Translations under genes and position numbers: made by a program
Shown: piece by piece, positions 26,720 through 40,284 of the stretch
Numbering within the stretch: the stretch's first letter is position 1
How the letters are laid out: each line of letters begins with the position of its first letter
The notes under the pieces: generated by a model
The model's input: the letters and a program-made list of their open reading frames with translations, nothing else
Databases searched by the model: none
What the model was told of the DNA's origin: nothing
Source: the human T2T-CHM13v2.0 reference genome, Homo sapiens
NCBI RefSeq assembly: GCF_009914755.1
Contig: NC_060932.1
Reading direction: 5' to 3' (one strand)
Length of the DNA: 64,000 nucleotides

Positions 26720-26945
26720 TCCTGTGTGATTCTGTGATGCGTGTGCACATCTCTATCAAAGAACTTTCCCAATTTCTGTAATGCTCCATTATAATGTCTG
26801 TCTCACCAACTAGATCATGGGCAGTCCAGGAAGGAGACTTAGTCCCATTTGTTTGAATGCCCCCAACATCTAGCACTGTGCTCAGGGCTTCACAGGTGAT
26901 CAGTAATGCTTGCTGAACAAGCTTTTAAGTTTGTGGATGAATGAG
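26720..26945 (+). mobile_element. L2 3' end
   Basis: CCAACTAGATCATGGGCAGTCCAGG...CATCTAGCACTGTGC...GGATGAATGA. Confidence 0.65.
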
Positions 26946-28984
26946 CCAGAGAGCTTTTCAGCAAGCCTGCCTGAACTCATATTTATGAATGCAATTTTTT
27001 CCTTTTCCAAAATACTTCTCTTGGGGTGACCATATGTTTGCTCCTGGTGTTCTTCCCTTGCTCAGGGTATTTCTGCAATCCGCTCACGCTAATACCTTCT
27101 TGGCCAGGTTCTGAGAGCACTACTAAGTAATTCAATCCGTAAAATCAAAGTTAGACTATAATTGTGACCCACCTTGGTCATCCAAGGTGTTCAAGCCCAG
27201 CTCTGAATGACTTTTGACAATTTCAAATGGATAAATAAACATCAGAAAACAAACTCATTTTTTGAGCAAATGATCTATTACAAACACAAATGTTATTCAG
27301 AAAGATGTTTTTCATGCCTAAAAACAATTCCAAAAGAGGGACACCCAAAATGTTCTCAGTAGTAGCAACTTTATGAAAATAAGTTTGTACTTTCTCAAAG
27401 GGATCACTTTAAGTTGGCCAAAAACATGTATAAAATCTAATGTGTTAGTTATAAAATGACTTAATTTTCTGGCTATCTTGCAACAATCTTGGATAAGTTT
27501 CAACAACCCCTTCATTACAATAGCTACGTCCTAGGTTGTATTTAGGACTGGTGGCCGAAACTTCTCCAAATACATTGTAGTTTTTTTCCTTGCAATTTCT
27601 CCTTCTTAAAATGTAAGTGTTCAGGGTCTAATACTTGGAATAAAACAATCTATTTAGTATGTTACTGTTGTGCATCACATTTAAACCCCTCAATATAGAA
27701 TCAGAGATTTACATAATCATGAACTCTCCAAAGGGTGCATGTTGCACAGCCTCATATTAAAGATTCTCTTCACTAATCAGTATTCTGTTATCACATACCA
27801 GGCTGGATTAGATGCATCTATGGAGAAGTGCAAGAATCTGAGATGATGCTCTTCCATTAATGCACCTTCTTTTACATTCCCCCAGTGTTCCAGGAATGAA
27901 AGACACAGATACATCTTTCTTGTAATTCCGCTTTTCATTTTAGCTACAGAGGAAACAAACAACACAAACACCAACAAGAAATAAAGTCCTCAAGAAGGTT
28001 AACAGTAAGAAGACCTTCCCTCATTCTTTTCTGACTCTTGGCTGATCAATTGTAAAGATCTGTCCATTGGAGATTATTAAAGATAAATAAATTGTATAAA
28101 AACTCTTCCTGTGAACTCTCTAGGATTAAAGAAAACAACATTGATTTATTTGGTTTCCAATCCAATAAGCTGTGTGTTAATCATCTTTCGCAGAAGATAC
28201 ATCAAAGGAGAAAAAAATATTATGAAGAAGAAAGTCTTTATAATGACTTGAGATGTCTCAGAATCTCATCTTATATATAATCTCCTGGGCTGCGTATGTA
28301 TCAATTTAGATTTTCTTATTTATAAAATGAGTTGACTAGCTCTTGGGGACCACATGAATCTGGCTCGGTTAATTATCTAATATAATTATGGTAAGAAACA
28401 TCTGTGCCTTTTGCCTTGCTCCACTCTAGTAGAAAGAGGCATTTACACAGTAGGCATTACACATTATTACTTCAAAAATGTGTAATGTTTAAGCATCCTT
28501 ATTTAGGTTAAGTAAAAAATAAAATTCAAAGAATTTAGGTTTCCCATTTTTTTAAATGCTCAATTCCATGACTCAAACAGTTACATGTTTACTATGTGCT
28601 CTAGACAGTTCTAAACACAGAGAAAAACACTGGAAAATTATTTTGGTGTCTGCTTGTGTGTAGATTGCCATACAGTGGGGGAGACTACTGAGGGTTATAA
28701 TTGAGATGTAAAAAGTTCTATCTGGGCATGGAGGAAAGAGAAATGAGTCTGCTTTATTTTGCTAATTATATCTTTCTTTCCGCCTAGATCATCGCTTTCT
28801 GTCCTAGCTTGTCGTATTTTATGGTACAGAAAGGAAACAAAGCAGCACCACCCAAATCCTTCTCAAGCCTTTACCTTCTGGTCACCGTCTTCTCCTTCCT
28901 TGACCTATCAAGCTTGCAGATGCATTGTCGGCACTTACCATTTCTTCATCCCATGTTTGGTGGACTCTCCAATGCTCAGATCCC

Positions 28985-29372
28985 CTTTTAAAAAAGGATT
29001 TGCATCCTCACCTCCTGGGAGAGCCATCGACAGGTAGCTGTCAGTTCAGGGTTGCCTTGGTGGCAGAGAGCTGACTCAGCCAAGTTCACCTCCCTTCTAG
29101 TCTGTCCACTGTCAATGAATGAATGAAACAGCGTGTATAGACATGGTCATTTTGGCCCATCATTAAACTACTTTGGAAGGCCACGCTAACTCCAGAGCTC
29201 CCCATGGTGTTTCCTGAGTTCATTGTTGGGCCTATTTTGTAGCTTTGTTCCTCCTTCTGTCCACTCCCACTTCTCTGCTTCTTTCCTTCTCTTCAGAGCT
29301 TGATTCTTAATAAACATCCTACATACCAAACATCATCTCCTTTTCTGTGTCTCAGGAAACCCAGCTGAGACA
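28985..29372 (+). mobile_element. LTR16-type ERVL LTR
   Basis: CTCCAGAGCTCCCCATGG, AATAAACATCCTAC, GGAAACCCAGCTGAGACA end. Confidence 0.7.
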
Positions 29373-30174
29373 CCCATAGCTCTTATGTATCTCTCATGAA
29401 GAACCTACATGATTAGCCTTCTAGGGAGGTCATTTGGAGCAATTTGTTATTATTATTTTTGTGTGTGTGCTTGACTATTTGTTGCTCAAGAGAAGGGTCA
29501 TTTAAAAAATCTGTTGAATCCTCAGGGTGCCTGGATCATCAGTATAAATACTTCAAAAATATTAGTTGAGTAAATATATGATAGAAAGTCTCTTGCTATT
29601 TGTATGTTTGGACAAGTCTAGAAAACCAATATTGTTATTGTCTCATGGGGTTGCAAAAGAAAGAAGATTGGTCAAAATGGCTTTTTCTTATATTCTACTG
29701 TGTACAATCTGGTTATTTAGTTATTTCATCCAATGCATTATACTCTACTTTGTACTCTGTATATTCTGGTCTAACTCCAGATTGTACACAGTAGAGTATA
29801 ATGCGTTGGATGAAATAACTAAAATACAGAAATACCTGGAGTCCACTAATCAAGTATTAGAGAGTTAGCTGCAAGCCGAAGAGGCAGTATTCCAGAGGAA
29901 TCTAGTAATGTATAAAAGGATCAGAGAGAGCTCCTTGAGGTCATGGCAGTTAAGGTGGACTTTGTAGGAGTTAAATTTAGTATAGTGGAGAGGGAGAGGG
30001 GAGGGTACTTCTGGTGAGCATTCAGTGACAGTCAGTACATAGGGTGCTTGGGGACCAATCAGAACAGGCATTGCATTTGAAGATAATGGGACTAATTTAA
30101 TGAATTAATGTTTCTCAGATGGGAAGTATGCCAATAGTGAAGAACCATGTGGATATTTGATAAAATCTTGGTAA

Positions 30175-30312
30175 TTGTATTACCTGTTGTGTGATACATT
30201 ACTCCAAAACCTGGTGACTGTTCATTATCTCATCATGAAAGTACTTTGGAAGGCCACGCTAACTCCAGAGCTTCCCATGGCATTATCTCGGTTTCCGTAG
30301 GCCAGGAAATGT
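30175..30312 (-). mobile_element. MLT1 LTR fragment containing a 50-bp templated insertion
   Basis: TTACTCCAAAAC...CATTATCTC...GTTTCCGTAGGCCAGGAA resembles the reverse MLT1 3' end. Confidence 0.5.
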
Positions 30313-30814
30313 TTAGATCACAGTTGAACATTTATAAATGGGTTATTCACATTTCACAGAGTAAACAGCTCAGCTATAAATGGTCTCCTGAATGATGTTT
30401 AGAACTAATTTTCCTGTAGTAAAGTGTGCCTTGATATGTGTTATTTGGCTTTTTTCTAAATTTCTTTTATATGATAATTCCATGGGCTACATAAAAATAG
30501 CAGAGTAACAGCTTTATTTTTAGACTAAGCTGTGTTGACTATTGAAATTAAAACAAGCTGGAAAACTAAGGGTATAGGCTTGCATTAGAAAATAACAGCA
30601 TCCAGAAAAAAACTCAGTCTGAAAACAGAGCCAGGTAGATAAGCGTTAATTGAGTAACAAAGTCTTAGACACGAGAGGGGAAGAACAATCTTAAACTCAT
30701 CATGACGTACATATTTTGCATTCATTTCTAAGGCCAGTCTTTATGAACTCAGGTCTGGCCTTTTTGTAGCCGAGAGGCATTTAAATTATTTTTCTTTTAA
30801 TGGAAAAATGGAGA

Positions 30815-32720
30815 AAATGCAAAATTTTCTCCCATTCCATAGGTTTTCTCTTCACTCTATTGATTGGTTCCTTTGCTTTTCAAGCTTCCTAGCTTGTTTT
30901 GATCTCATTTGTCTACTTTTGCTTTTGTTGCTTGTGTTTTTGGTGTCATATTCTCCCTAAAATTATTGCCAAGACCAGTGTCAAGGGACATTTTCTCTAT
31001 ATTTTCTTTTAGAAGTTTTATAGTAGCAGGCCTTATTTTTAAGTCTTTAATCCATTTCAAGTTGATTTTTAAGATAACGGTGGAATTTCATATTTTTTTT
31101 TGCATATGGGTATCCAATTGCCCTAACGCCATTGAGACTATCCCTTCCCCATTGTGTATTCTTGGCATCCTTGCAGAAGACTAGTTGACCATATATGCAT
31201 GGATTTATTTCTGTGCTTTCTATTCTATTCTTTTGCCTATATATTTGTTTCTGTGCCAGTACCATAGTGTCTTGATTATCTGTGCTTTGTAGTATATTTA
31301 TAGCCAGGAAATGTCATGCCTCTAGCTTTGTCTTGCTAACATTGCTTTGGCTATTCAGGATCCTTAGTAGGGCCATACAAATTTTAGGATTTTTTCCCTG
31401 TTTTTGTAAAAAATGCTGTTGAAATTTGGATTGGGATTTCATTGAATCTGTAGATCATTTTGAGTCATGTAGACATTTTAACAATATTGATTTTTCCAAT
31501 ACATGAACATGGGATGCCTTTCCATTTATTTTTTCTTTTAATTTCTTTCATTAATGTTTTACAGTTTCAGTGTAAAGTCTTTCATCTCTTTGGTTAAGTT
31601 TATTGCAAGATACTTTATTCTTTTTGGTGCTATTGTAAATGAGATTGTTTCCTTGATTTCATTTTCAGGTAGTTTATTGTCAGTGTATAAAAGTTCTACT
31701 TATTTTTGCACATTGATTTTGCATCCTGTAATTAGTTTTTACTGAATTTGTTAATTATTTATAGTTATTTTTAATTGTCAATTATTTCTAATTTCTAATT
31801 GTTAATTACTTCTCCCTTTTTTTGTGTGTGTGCATGTGAGTGTAAAGTCTTAAGACTTTTATACATATAAAGTTATGCCATCTGGAAACAGAAATACTTT
31901 ATTTCTTCTTTTTCAATTTGTATTCCTTCTATTTCTTTTTCATGCTTAATTGCTCTGGCTAGGATCTACAGTACTATGTTAAAAAGAAGTGGTGAGAATG
32001 GACATCCTTGCCTTGTACTAGATCTTAGAGAAAAAAATTCAACCTCTACTTATTGAGTATGATGTCATCTATGGGCATATAATATATGACCTTTATTATG
32101 CTAAGGCACATTACTTCTATACCTAACTTGTTGAGAGTTTTTATCATCAAATGGTGTCTAATTTTGTCAAATACTTTTTCTGCATCTATTGAGATGATCA
32201 TATGCTGCTTTGTATTCCTAATTATATTACTGTTGTGTATCACATTGATTGAATTATGCATGTTGAAATTTCCTTGCATCCCAGAGGTAAATCCAACTTG
32301 GTCATGATATATAACCCTTTGAAGGTGTTGTTGAATTCAGTTTGTTAATATTTTTTGATGATTTTTGCATCTGTGTTCATCAGGGATATTGGCCTAGAGT
32401 TTTATTCTCTTATAGTATGCTTTTCTGGCTTTGGTATCAGGGTGAAGCTGGTCTCATAAAAGGAGTTCAGAAGTGTTCCTCTTTATATTTTTTGAAAGAG
32501 TTTAAGAAGGATTGATACTGATTCTTTTTTAAGTGTTTGGTGGAATTCACTTGTGAAGCCACCTGGTTCTTGGCTTTTCTTTATTGGGAGGTTTTTTTTT
32601 TTTTCTGATTCCATCGCCTTATTGGTTATTGGCCTGTTTAACCTTTCTATTTATTCTTGATCCAGTCTTGGTAGGTTGTATGTTTCTAGGAATTTACCCA
32701 TGTCTTCTAAGTTGTCTAGG
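30815..32720 (-). mobile_element. Internal L1M ORF2 fragment (no 3' end visible)
   Basis: ORF2 RT peptide HMIISIDAEKVFDKIRH...IKTLNKLGIE and QKNRIESTEINPCIYGQLVF in the ORF track. Confidence 0.9.
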
Positions 32721-34652
32721 GCTACTGATTCTGGCTTTTTATGAGAATTAGGGCTGCTGTCACATAGTGGGGTAAAGAAGAGTTCTCATCCTAGTATCTT
32801 ATCTACTGATACAAGTTGTTGGAGAGAAAATGCCCTTTACATGAGTAGGATCTCCCAGGTCCTAGATTCATTAAGAATGGAGTATGAATGTCTCTTTATT
32901 GAGAAGCAAAAGGAGAGTATGAAAGAAGGTAGCATGATCAGGTAGAGGGGTGCTGAAGACAAAGTTAAGCCATTAGGCACTGTTGCTGGGGACTGGACTG
33001 TAAGAACATTTTAGATAAGGTAGATGTGACCATCAAGGTGTCCTTGTACCGTGAGCAGATTATATTACAAAAGTTTTTAAAATTAGTTAATTTACTCATT
33101 CATCAAACACTCTCTGGGGCCTTGGACTAAATGCTAGACAAATAAAGATGGCTAATTGGCAGTTTCTGTCCTTGAGGAGCTCAGAAGTTTGAAAGAAAGA
33201 CAAACCTGAAGTGGAAATCTTACATTCTGTGATTTGATTATTATGGCTTATTATAAATATGAACAAAGAGCTGTGGGAGCCCCCGATGGGGTAAGTAGCT
33301 AACACTTAACATGGTTTAAATGGGAGCTGGCATCCCAGCTTAGGCCACGAAGTAACTAATTAAACAAGTTCTCCTCATGCTAGTCAGTGGCATGCTGGTG
33401 TGAAGAATCAGACACATTTCCTATCTTCAAGGAGCCCAAGGAAATTGTGGAGTGGGAAGAAGACATGCTAATAAATAGAGATATGTGAATGTACTGGGGA
33501 AGTAGAGAAGGAGTGACTAATGCTGCCTGGGAAATAGAGACTTGAAGGGTAAATAAGATTTCTCCTTTGATTTGATTGAATCAGATTGAATTCAATCATT
33601 GACAAAACGTCCCAAACACCAAATGTTCACTAACTCTGGGTCAATTCTACTGCTTTGTGGATTTGAAGTTGTTTACTGAAATGATTATGAGGAGACTACA
33701 GAATCATAATCTGTACAGATACAAATTCAAAATAAATCTGCTTTGAATTAGCTATGTTATAGATGGGTGAGAAGGCTCATGACAATATTGGTAAGAAGAA
33801 AATCCTTACCAGGAAAAAAAAGAAGTGTTTATATTAACAGTTCAAAACAACAATATCATTATTAATGTACATTTTTTCCCAATGCACATATTGCTGTTAT
33901 TCTTGTTGCTTTTTGTCTATGACCCGCCAGACCACATAATGATGCCTTTTCTATCTAATGCTTTTTATTATTTATCTATGCAACAAGAACAGAAAATTTA
34001 GTTTGAACTGTTTAGAGAAAATACTTTCTGTAAGTGCATATTATTTTGGGTAATCAAATAGTTAATATTTACTTATTCTCATTCATTCATTTACTCAAAA
34101 ATACATATAGAGGATCTACTATATTTCTATAACTGTGCTAGATACCAAAAGGATTACAAAAGAATTGCATTGCTCGTATGTTGCCTCATCCATTCACTAG
34201 GCTTATATGAGTCTACTAAGAGGGCATTATATTTCTAGAAGCCAATGTCAGGGGAATGAGGACTGGCTACAGATAAATGTATAGAGAAATATGGTCTTCA
34301 TTGGAGGGTCTTAAAATCTACAGAAGAAAGACAAAATTGTACATAAGAATTTAGATAAAATATAAATGACAAACTATGTTGCAGCAATTTCAATTACATG
34401 TTCGAAGACAAGAGAGATGTGTATGGGCTGAAGAAATCAGGGAAAGCTGCTTAAGAGGAAATTAGCAATGGTCCTAGCAGGAGGTTCACATGTGGTCAGC
34501 ATTCTGAATTAATTTCCTATTATTACAAAAGTGGAAAATTTTGAAATGTGAAGGAAATATTGGGTGAAGCTGGAATACAGGCCTATATTTAGGTTGTGTT
34601 TATGGTTTTAGATATTGTAAATCTAGATATTCTGAAAAACACTTATAATAAC

Positions 34653-34994
34653 TCCTATGTTCTGAATCTTTGTGTCTCCCCAAAATCCATATGTTGAAAT
34701 TTATTAACTAAGGTGATGATATTACTAGATGGGACCTTTTGGAAATGATTGAGTGAGACCTATGGGCCCATATAAAAGAAACCACAGAGAGCTAGCTACT
34801 TTCTTCCAACATGTGAGGACACAGCAAAAAAGTGCTCTCTATAAGCCAGAATGAAAGCCTTCACCAGACACTGAATCTGTTGGTGCCTCAGTCTTGGACT
34901 TCCCAGCCTCCAGAACTATGAGAAATAAATTTTTGTTGTTTATAAGCTACCCAGTCTAAGGTATTTTGTTATAGCAGCCCACACCAACTAAGAA
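34653..34994 (+). mobile_element. MLT1A0-like MaLR LTR
   Basis: CCCCAAAATCCATATGTTGAAAT...TTGGACTTCCCAGCCTCCAGAACTATGAGAAATAAA...TTGTTATAGCAGCC. Confidence 0.88.
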
Positions 34995-35059
34995 AATAAT
35001 AAAACCGTTAATATAAAAATCAGAATTAAGGAGCTAGATATTCTACCAAAGGGTTCATA

Positions 35060-35200
35060 CACATTATATCATTTAAGTCTCTCACAGGAAGTATTTTAAC
35101 CCCCGTTTTATAGATGAAGTTATTAACTTGCCCGAGTTACCCACATAGTAAATGGTGGAGCTAAGATTCACATCCAGCTTTGAGTCTAAGGCCTGTAACA
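35060..35200 (-). mobile_element. MIR fragment
   Basis: TTTATAGATGAAG...AACTTGCCCGAGTTACCCACATAGTAAATGGTGGAGC. Confidence 0.7.
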
Positions 35201-36004
35201 ATAACCAAAGAGCAAGGATCCTACCTTCCAAAAGTGAGTTGTCATTCCATCAAAGCACTCCTGGTTTGCTTCTCTTAAAACCTCAGCATGGATGTGACTT
35301 GCTTTTCTTTAGTGTAAATTCACAAGGGCACAGGCATCAAAATGGGGAACATGGTAACAATGTTAACTATTAATAACATGTTTGAACAATCTTTTCTCAT
35401 TTTGCTCTGACAATAATTGCATTAAGGTGGGTGGTATTAACTCCATTTACCTGATAAGGTAATCCTAACTGTGACATTTCCTTAAAAATCACAAACCTGA
35501 GACTAGATCCTAGGTCTTCAGCTCTCACATCTTTTAAACTTATGCTATCCCTAGCCTTCTTATATTTATTTAAAAATGTACCAATGGTCCATTGCATAAG
35601 AGTGAAAGATGCAAAAATTTCCAGATGCTTCAAATCAACTCTTCTAAATCTCCTGATGTGACAAGGAAGATGATTCTATTAAGACATACTTACAATAGGG
35701 TGGAAGTACTGCGTTAGAGATAAGCACCTGGCATGATGGAGGAAAGGGAACAGGTATTTGTTAAACAAATGTAATATATGATCCTTTTATTTCCCCAAAT
35801 TCTGTATTGTAGGTAAATATTTTCATCTCTTGTATATAAGTAATGTGGAGGCAAGGATGCTGAGGATGTTGTTAAATGGCAAAAAGCTGGTTAGTATAGG
35901 AGCTGGGCTTCAAACTCAGGTCTTCCTGGCATCAAGGTTCATGTTCTTTCTACAAAACCAACACACTAACCTGACTCTGTGATGACTGTGTTTATTAAAC
36001 TGAA

Positions 36005-36545
<541 letters not shown>

Positions 36546-37719
36546 TCATCATATATGGTTTAACCTGTAAGAATAAGCTTACTGTGGCATAAAATTTTCA
36601 AAAATAGCCTGGAGAAATGCTAGGGACAGATACGGATAAAGGGTAGAGGCATAGAGATCAATCAATTTGTCTGCAACCTTTATGAAATATTGTAAATCTC
36701 ATGATTGAATGATTGGGAGGGCTCAGATTACAAAAAGCCCTGCATCCCATGAAATGTGACCTTTCTGAGGAGTTTTAGATAGGGGAAGAACATGCATTCC
36801 TTTTGCATTTTTGAAAGTTATTTCTGCCATAGAAAGAGGTAAAATTGGATCTTTGCAATAGTTCAAGGTAGAATTTATTGGGATATTGTTCTTACAGCAG
36901 CTTAGCTTCCCTCTCCTCACGTCCCCTCTCTCTTTTTCAAGCCTTCACCTTATGGAGCACACAGTAATCAGAAGTCATTGTCATCCCATCTATTGGCCGA
37001 GGAAAGTGAAAATTGTTTTAGTCTAAAATCTTCATCACTGTTTTGACACTGTGTTATCACTGTAATACAGAGAGCTGACATCTCTGTTGAGTTATCTGCT
37101 TTGACATCTCACTCACTCATTTTTGAGGCATTTTAATTATCTTAAGGATTTTATTAGAATGCATGATCAGAATCATAAACTCTTCAATATCCAGAATGTC
37201 CATGTTATTCATGTTATTCTTGACACTGTGAGTGACCTGAGGAGCTTATTTCTATGCTAAACATCACCTCTGCCCATATTGTTCAATATTGGCTTTCTTA
37301 ATTCTTCTTGTGGCCATTCTTCTTCTTGATTAATTTGAGAAATTTGTTAATTGTTGAAAATCAGCCCTCTTGCCTGCTGGCATCTCCTTCCTGATCATTA
37401 ACCAACATATTGAAGAGCCATGTTTCCTTTTTGAGGTTAGTGAGAGCACATTTATTTCTGTCTCTTAGCCTTGCTCAAATCCGTGACAAGACTTCAGGAC
37501 TTTTTTGTTTGTTTGTTTTTTGCAAGAGTTTCCAAGTTCAGAGTTGGTGAAGGACTTGATCAGAAATCTTCTAGATTAGGAAACTACAAACCATCTCAGA
37601 AAGGTGGGGTTTTAGACATAGCATCTGAGGCATGGGGCACTATGAATTCAGAGTGAAGTTTTTCAAGAGCATCAATAAGGAATAAGACTCAGAGATGACA
37701 ATAAATAATAATATGAAAC

Positions 37720-37950
37720 AATAAAATCAGTAATTGACACATACTGAGTAACTAATGTGAGCAGAGGCATTTTGATGGGCATTTTTATTATATTAGCTTA
37801 TTTAACTCCTTATGAAGAGAACATCCTTAACTCCAAATTTTTAAAATTGGAAAACTGAGGCTCAGAGAGTATGATGTGTCTAAGCTCAATAGCTTAAAAG
37901 AGCAAGAACTTGAACACCGATCTTTAGTAGCAAAGTTTTTCTAACATTGT
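37720..37950 (-). mobile_element. MIR SINE
   Basis: GGAAAACTGAGGCTCAGAGAG core. Confidence 0.7.
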
Positions 37951-38519
37951 GAGCATGAAAGAAATGCTGGCTGAAGAATGCACAGAGAGAAGAAATGTTC
38001 TTGAATAAATAGATTAATATTTGAATGACTGATAAGGTCTTAGGCATCTTCACTTAGGAGACGTTCTATGTCTTACAAATGGAAAGAGGGAGGGACACTA
38101 TTTTTAGGCTTTGCTCTTGGTACTTTATGTGACTCTGAAAAATGTCCCTGAGGAAACTTAAGACATACTTACTATTTTCATGTACTGACAATGTTTAGAA
38201 TACCTAGGATGTGCTAGTCTTAGCGTCTTTTTACTCTGGTCATTGTCTTTGGGAATCTCAAATAGGATAGGCCATCTGGGAGTTGCCAATATTTACTTCA
38301 GTGCAGTAAAGTACATTTTTCTCTAATTCCAGAGATCATCTGGTTCCATCTTGTCTTGAGAATGGACATCAAAGTACTATTTTTGTTGTGATTGTTCAAG
38401 GTAAGGTTTTCCATTTGCATTTTTATTATGTTCTCAAGTCTCACTTTATTAGAGTAGGCACGGTCATGTCTCAGGGCTTATGTACCACTATTTGAGACAT
38501 GTGGGAGGAAGAGTGAATG

Positions 38520-38750
38520 GAAACAATGAACTTATGTTTGGTACCTGTTATGTTCTAGGCACAGTGCTATCTTCTTCACATATATTATTTCATTTAGTCA
38601 TCCCATAAAAATCCTATGAAGTGGATATAATTCTGATTTTTTTAAGTGAAAAAGACTGATATTTAGACACTATTTGTCAGTGGTCACTCCATTCTTAAGA
38701 CATGAGAAAAAGATTTGATTCCAGGTCTAGCTGACAAGTCTATTATATCG
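38520..38750 (-). mobile_element. MIR SINE
   Basis: TATGTTCTAGGCACAGTGCTA...CATATATTATTTCATTTAGTC. Confidence 0.7.
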
Positions 38751-38789
38751 CACTTAGCTTCTAGAAGGGTTTTACTGGGTCAAGTAATT

Positions 38790-38970
38790 TTCTTTCTTTC
38801 CTTCTTTCTGTCTCTCTTTCTTTCTCCTACTATCTCTTTGTCTCTCCCCATTTCTTGCTGGTCTCCCTCCCTTTTCCCTTCCCTCCTTCCCTCCTTCCCT
38901 CCCTCCCTCCCTCCCTCCCTCCCTCCCTTCCTTCCTTCCCTCCTTCGTTTTTCTCTCTGCTTTTTCTTAT
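38790..38970. repeat. CT-rich/(CCCT)n low-complexity tract
   Basis: Polypyrimidine run. Confidence 0.9.
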
Positions 38971-39494
38971 TTTGTTGAGTGAGATGATGAAGGACTGAGT
39001 ACTTTTGACAGAAGTTTTTTGGATCCTTTCACTTCATTATATTTTCAGGCACCCTTTTCAAATAAATGTATATTAAAATAGCAACTTGCGCAAGTGTCAG
39101 CTGATGACATCTCTCTGTTCAAATGACTTTCCCAAGGAAAATTAAATTTGATGAATGTTTTTCCCCATTGTTTTGGCTTGAGATTTATGGTTTTACCTAG
39201 TCTTCAAAGGGGCCTTGTCTCAGGCACAGGGCTGGGGAGTTCAACTTTGGAGACATATTGCTTATCATTAAGACAGTAACTGCTACAGCTGTAGGGAACT
39301 CTTAGAAACAATTTTATTTTTTTTTGTAAAGGAGTCAGACTCAGACAAAGTATTTTTTTATTTTCAAAATGGAGTCATTAGTAAAGCCTACCTAGTACTT
39401 GATTAGAAGTATTAAATAAATTAATATTTGTACAGAATTTAGAATTGTGCCCAGCACATGAAAACACCATAGAGTGTTTAAAAAATAAATTTAA

Positions 39495-39730
39495 TAGCTT
39501 GTTAAGTTCACAGAATTGGAAAGGCAGTATGGGTTTCTGAATAAACATACCTGGGTTCCAATTCTGTTTCAATTGCATGATTTTGGGCAGGTCATTTAAA
39601 CTTTTAGATGTACAGTTTGCTCAATCTTGAAAACTTGAAGATTTTGACTTCATAGTATTACTGTGAGGTTGAATCAGACAACGCAGACAATGTGGGTGGC
39701 CCTTGACAGTCCCAGCATATGGGAGGCATC
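39495..39730 (+). mobile_element. MIR SINE
   Basis: ACCTGGGTTCCAATTCTG...TTGGGCAGGTCATTTAAAC. Confidence 0.7.
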
Positions 39731-40284
39731 ATCAGAGCCAATGTCAGACTCAGGAAACCTGTGCTCTGGCCAAGTCAACACTCCCTATAAATCTTGAAAC
39801 ATTTAAATGATTGCAAGAACAAAGATTTTATATCTGTAATGTAACTTTCTTAGCAGAGTTTGGGGGTGGAATGTTGAATATATATTAAGCTAACTCAAGA
39901 AAACCTATATAACTTGAAAAAGAAATACATTCCAGATACTTTTCTTCCTGTTAGCATCATCATCAGTTAGCACATTGTCATTGTGTCTGAGCTTCATTAG
40001 TATTCTCCAAATATCATAAGGGCGGGTAAGCTGAGTTCTATGCTTGCATTTGGAAGAAGATATTCTAAGCATAGTATTTCATTATCTTATCCTATTTTCA
40101 TTTTTTTTTTTTTTTTTTGCTTTATCCTGCTATGCCAGGAGTTTTCAAACAATCTCAACTCTGATTCTAACTCTGCCATAACTAGCTGAATGACCTTGGG
40201 CTATACACCTCCAATTTGCTTTGGCTTTCAATGGCCTCTACTCCCCTGGATTACATCTTTAAACAAATAATTTCTGTTATTTAC

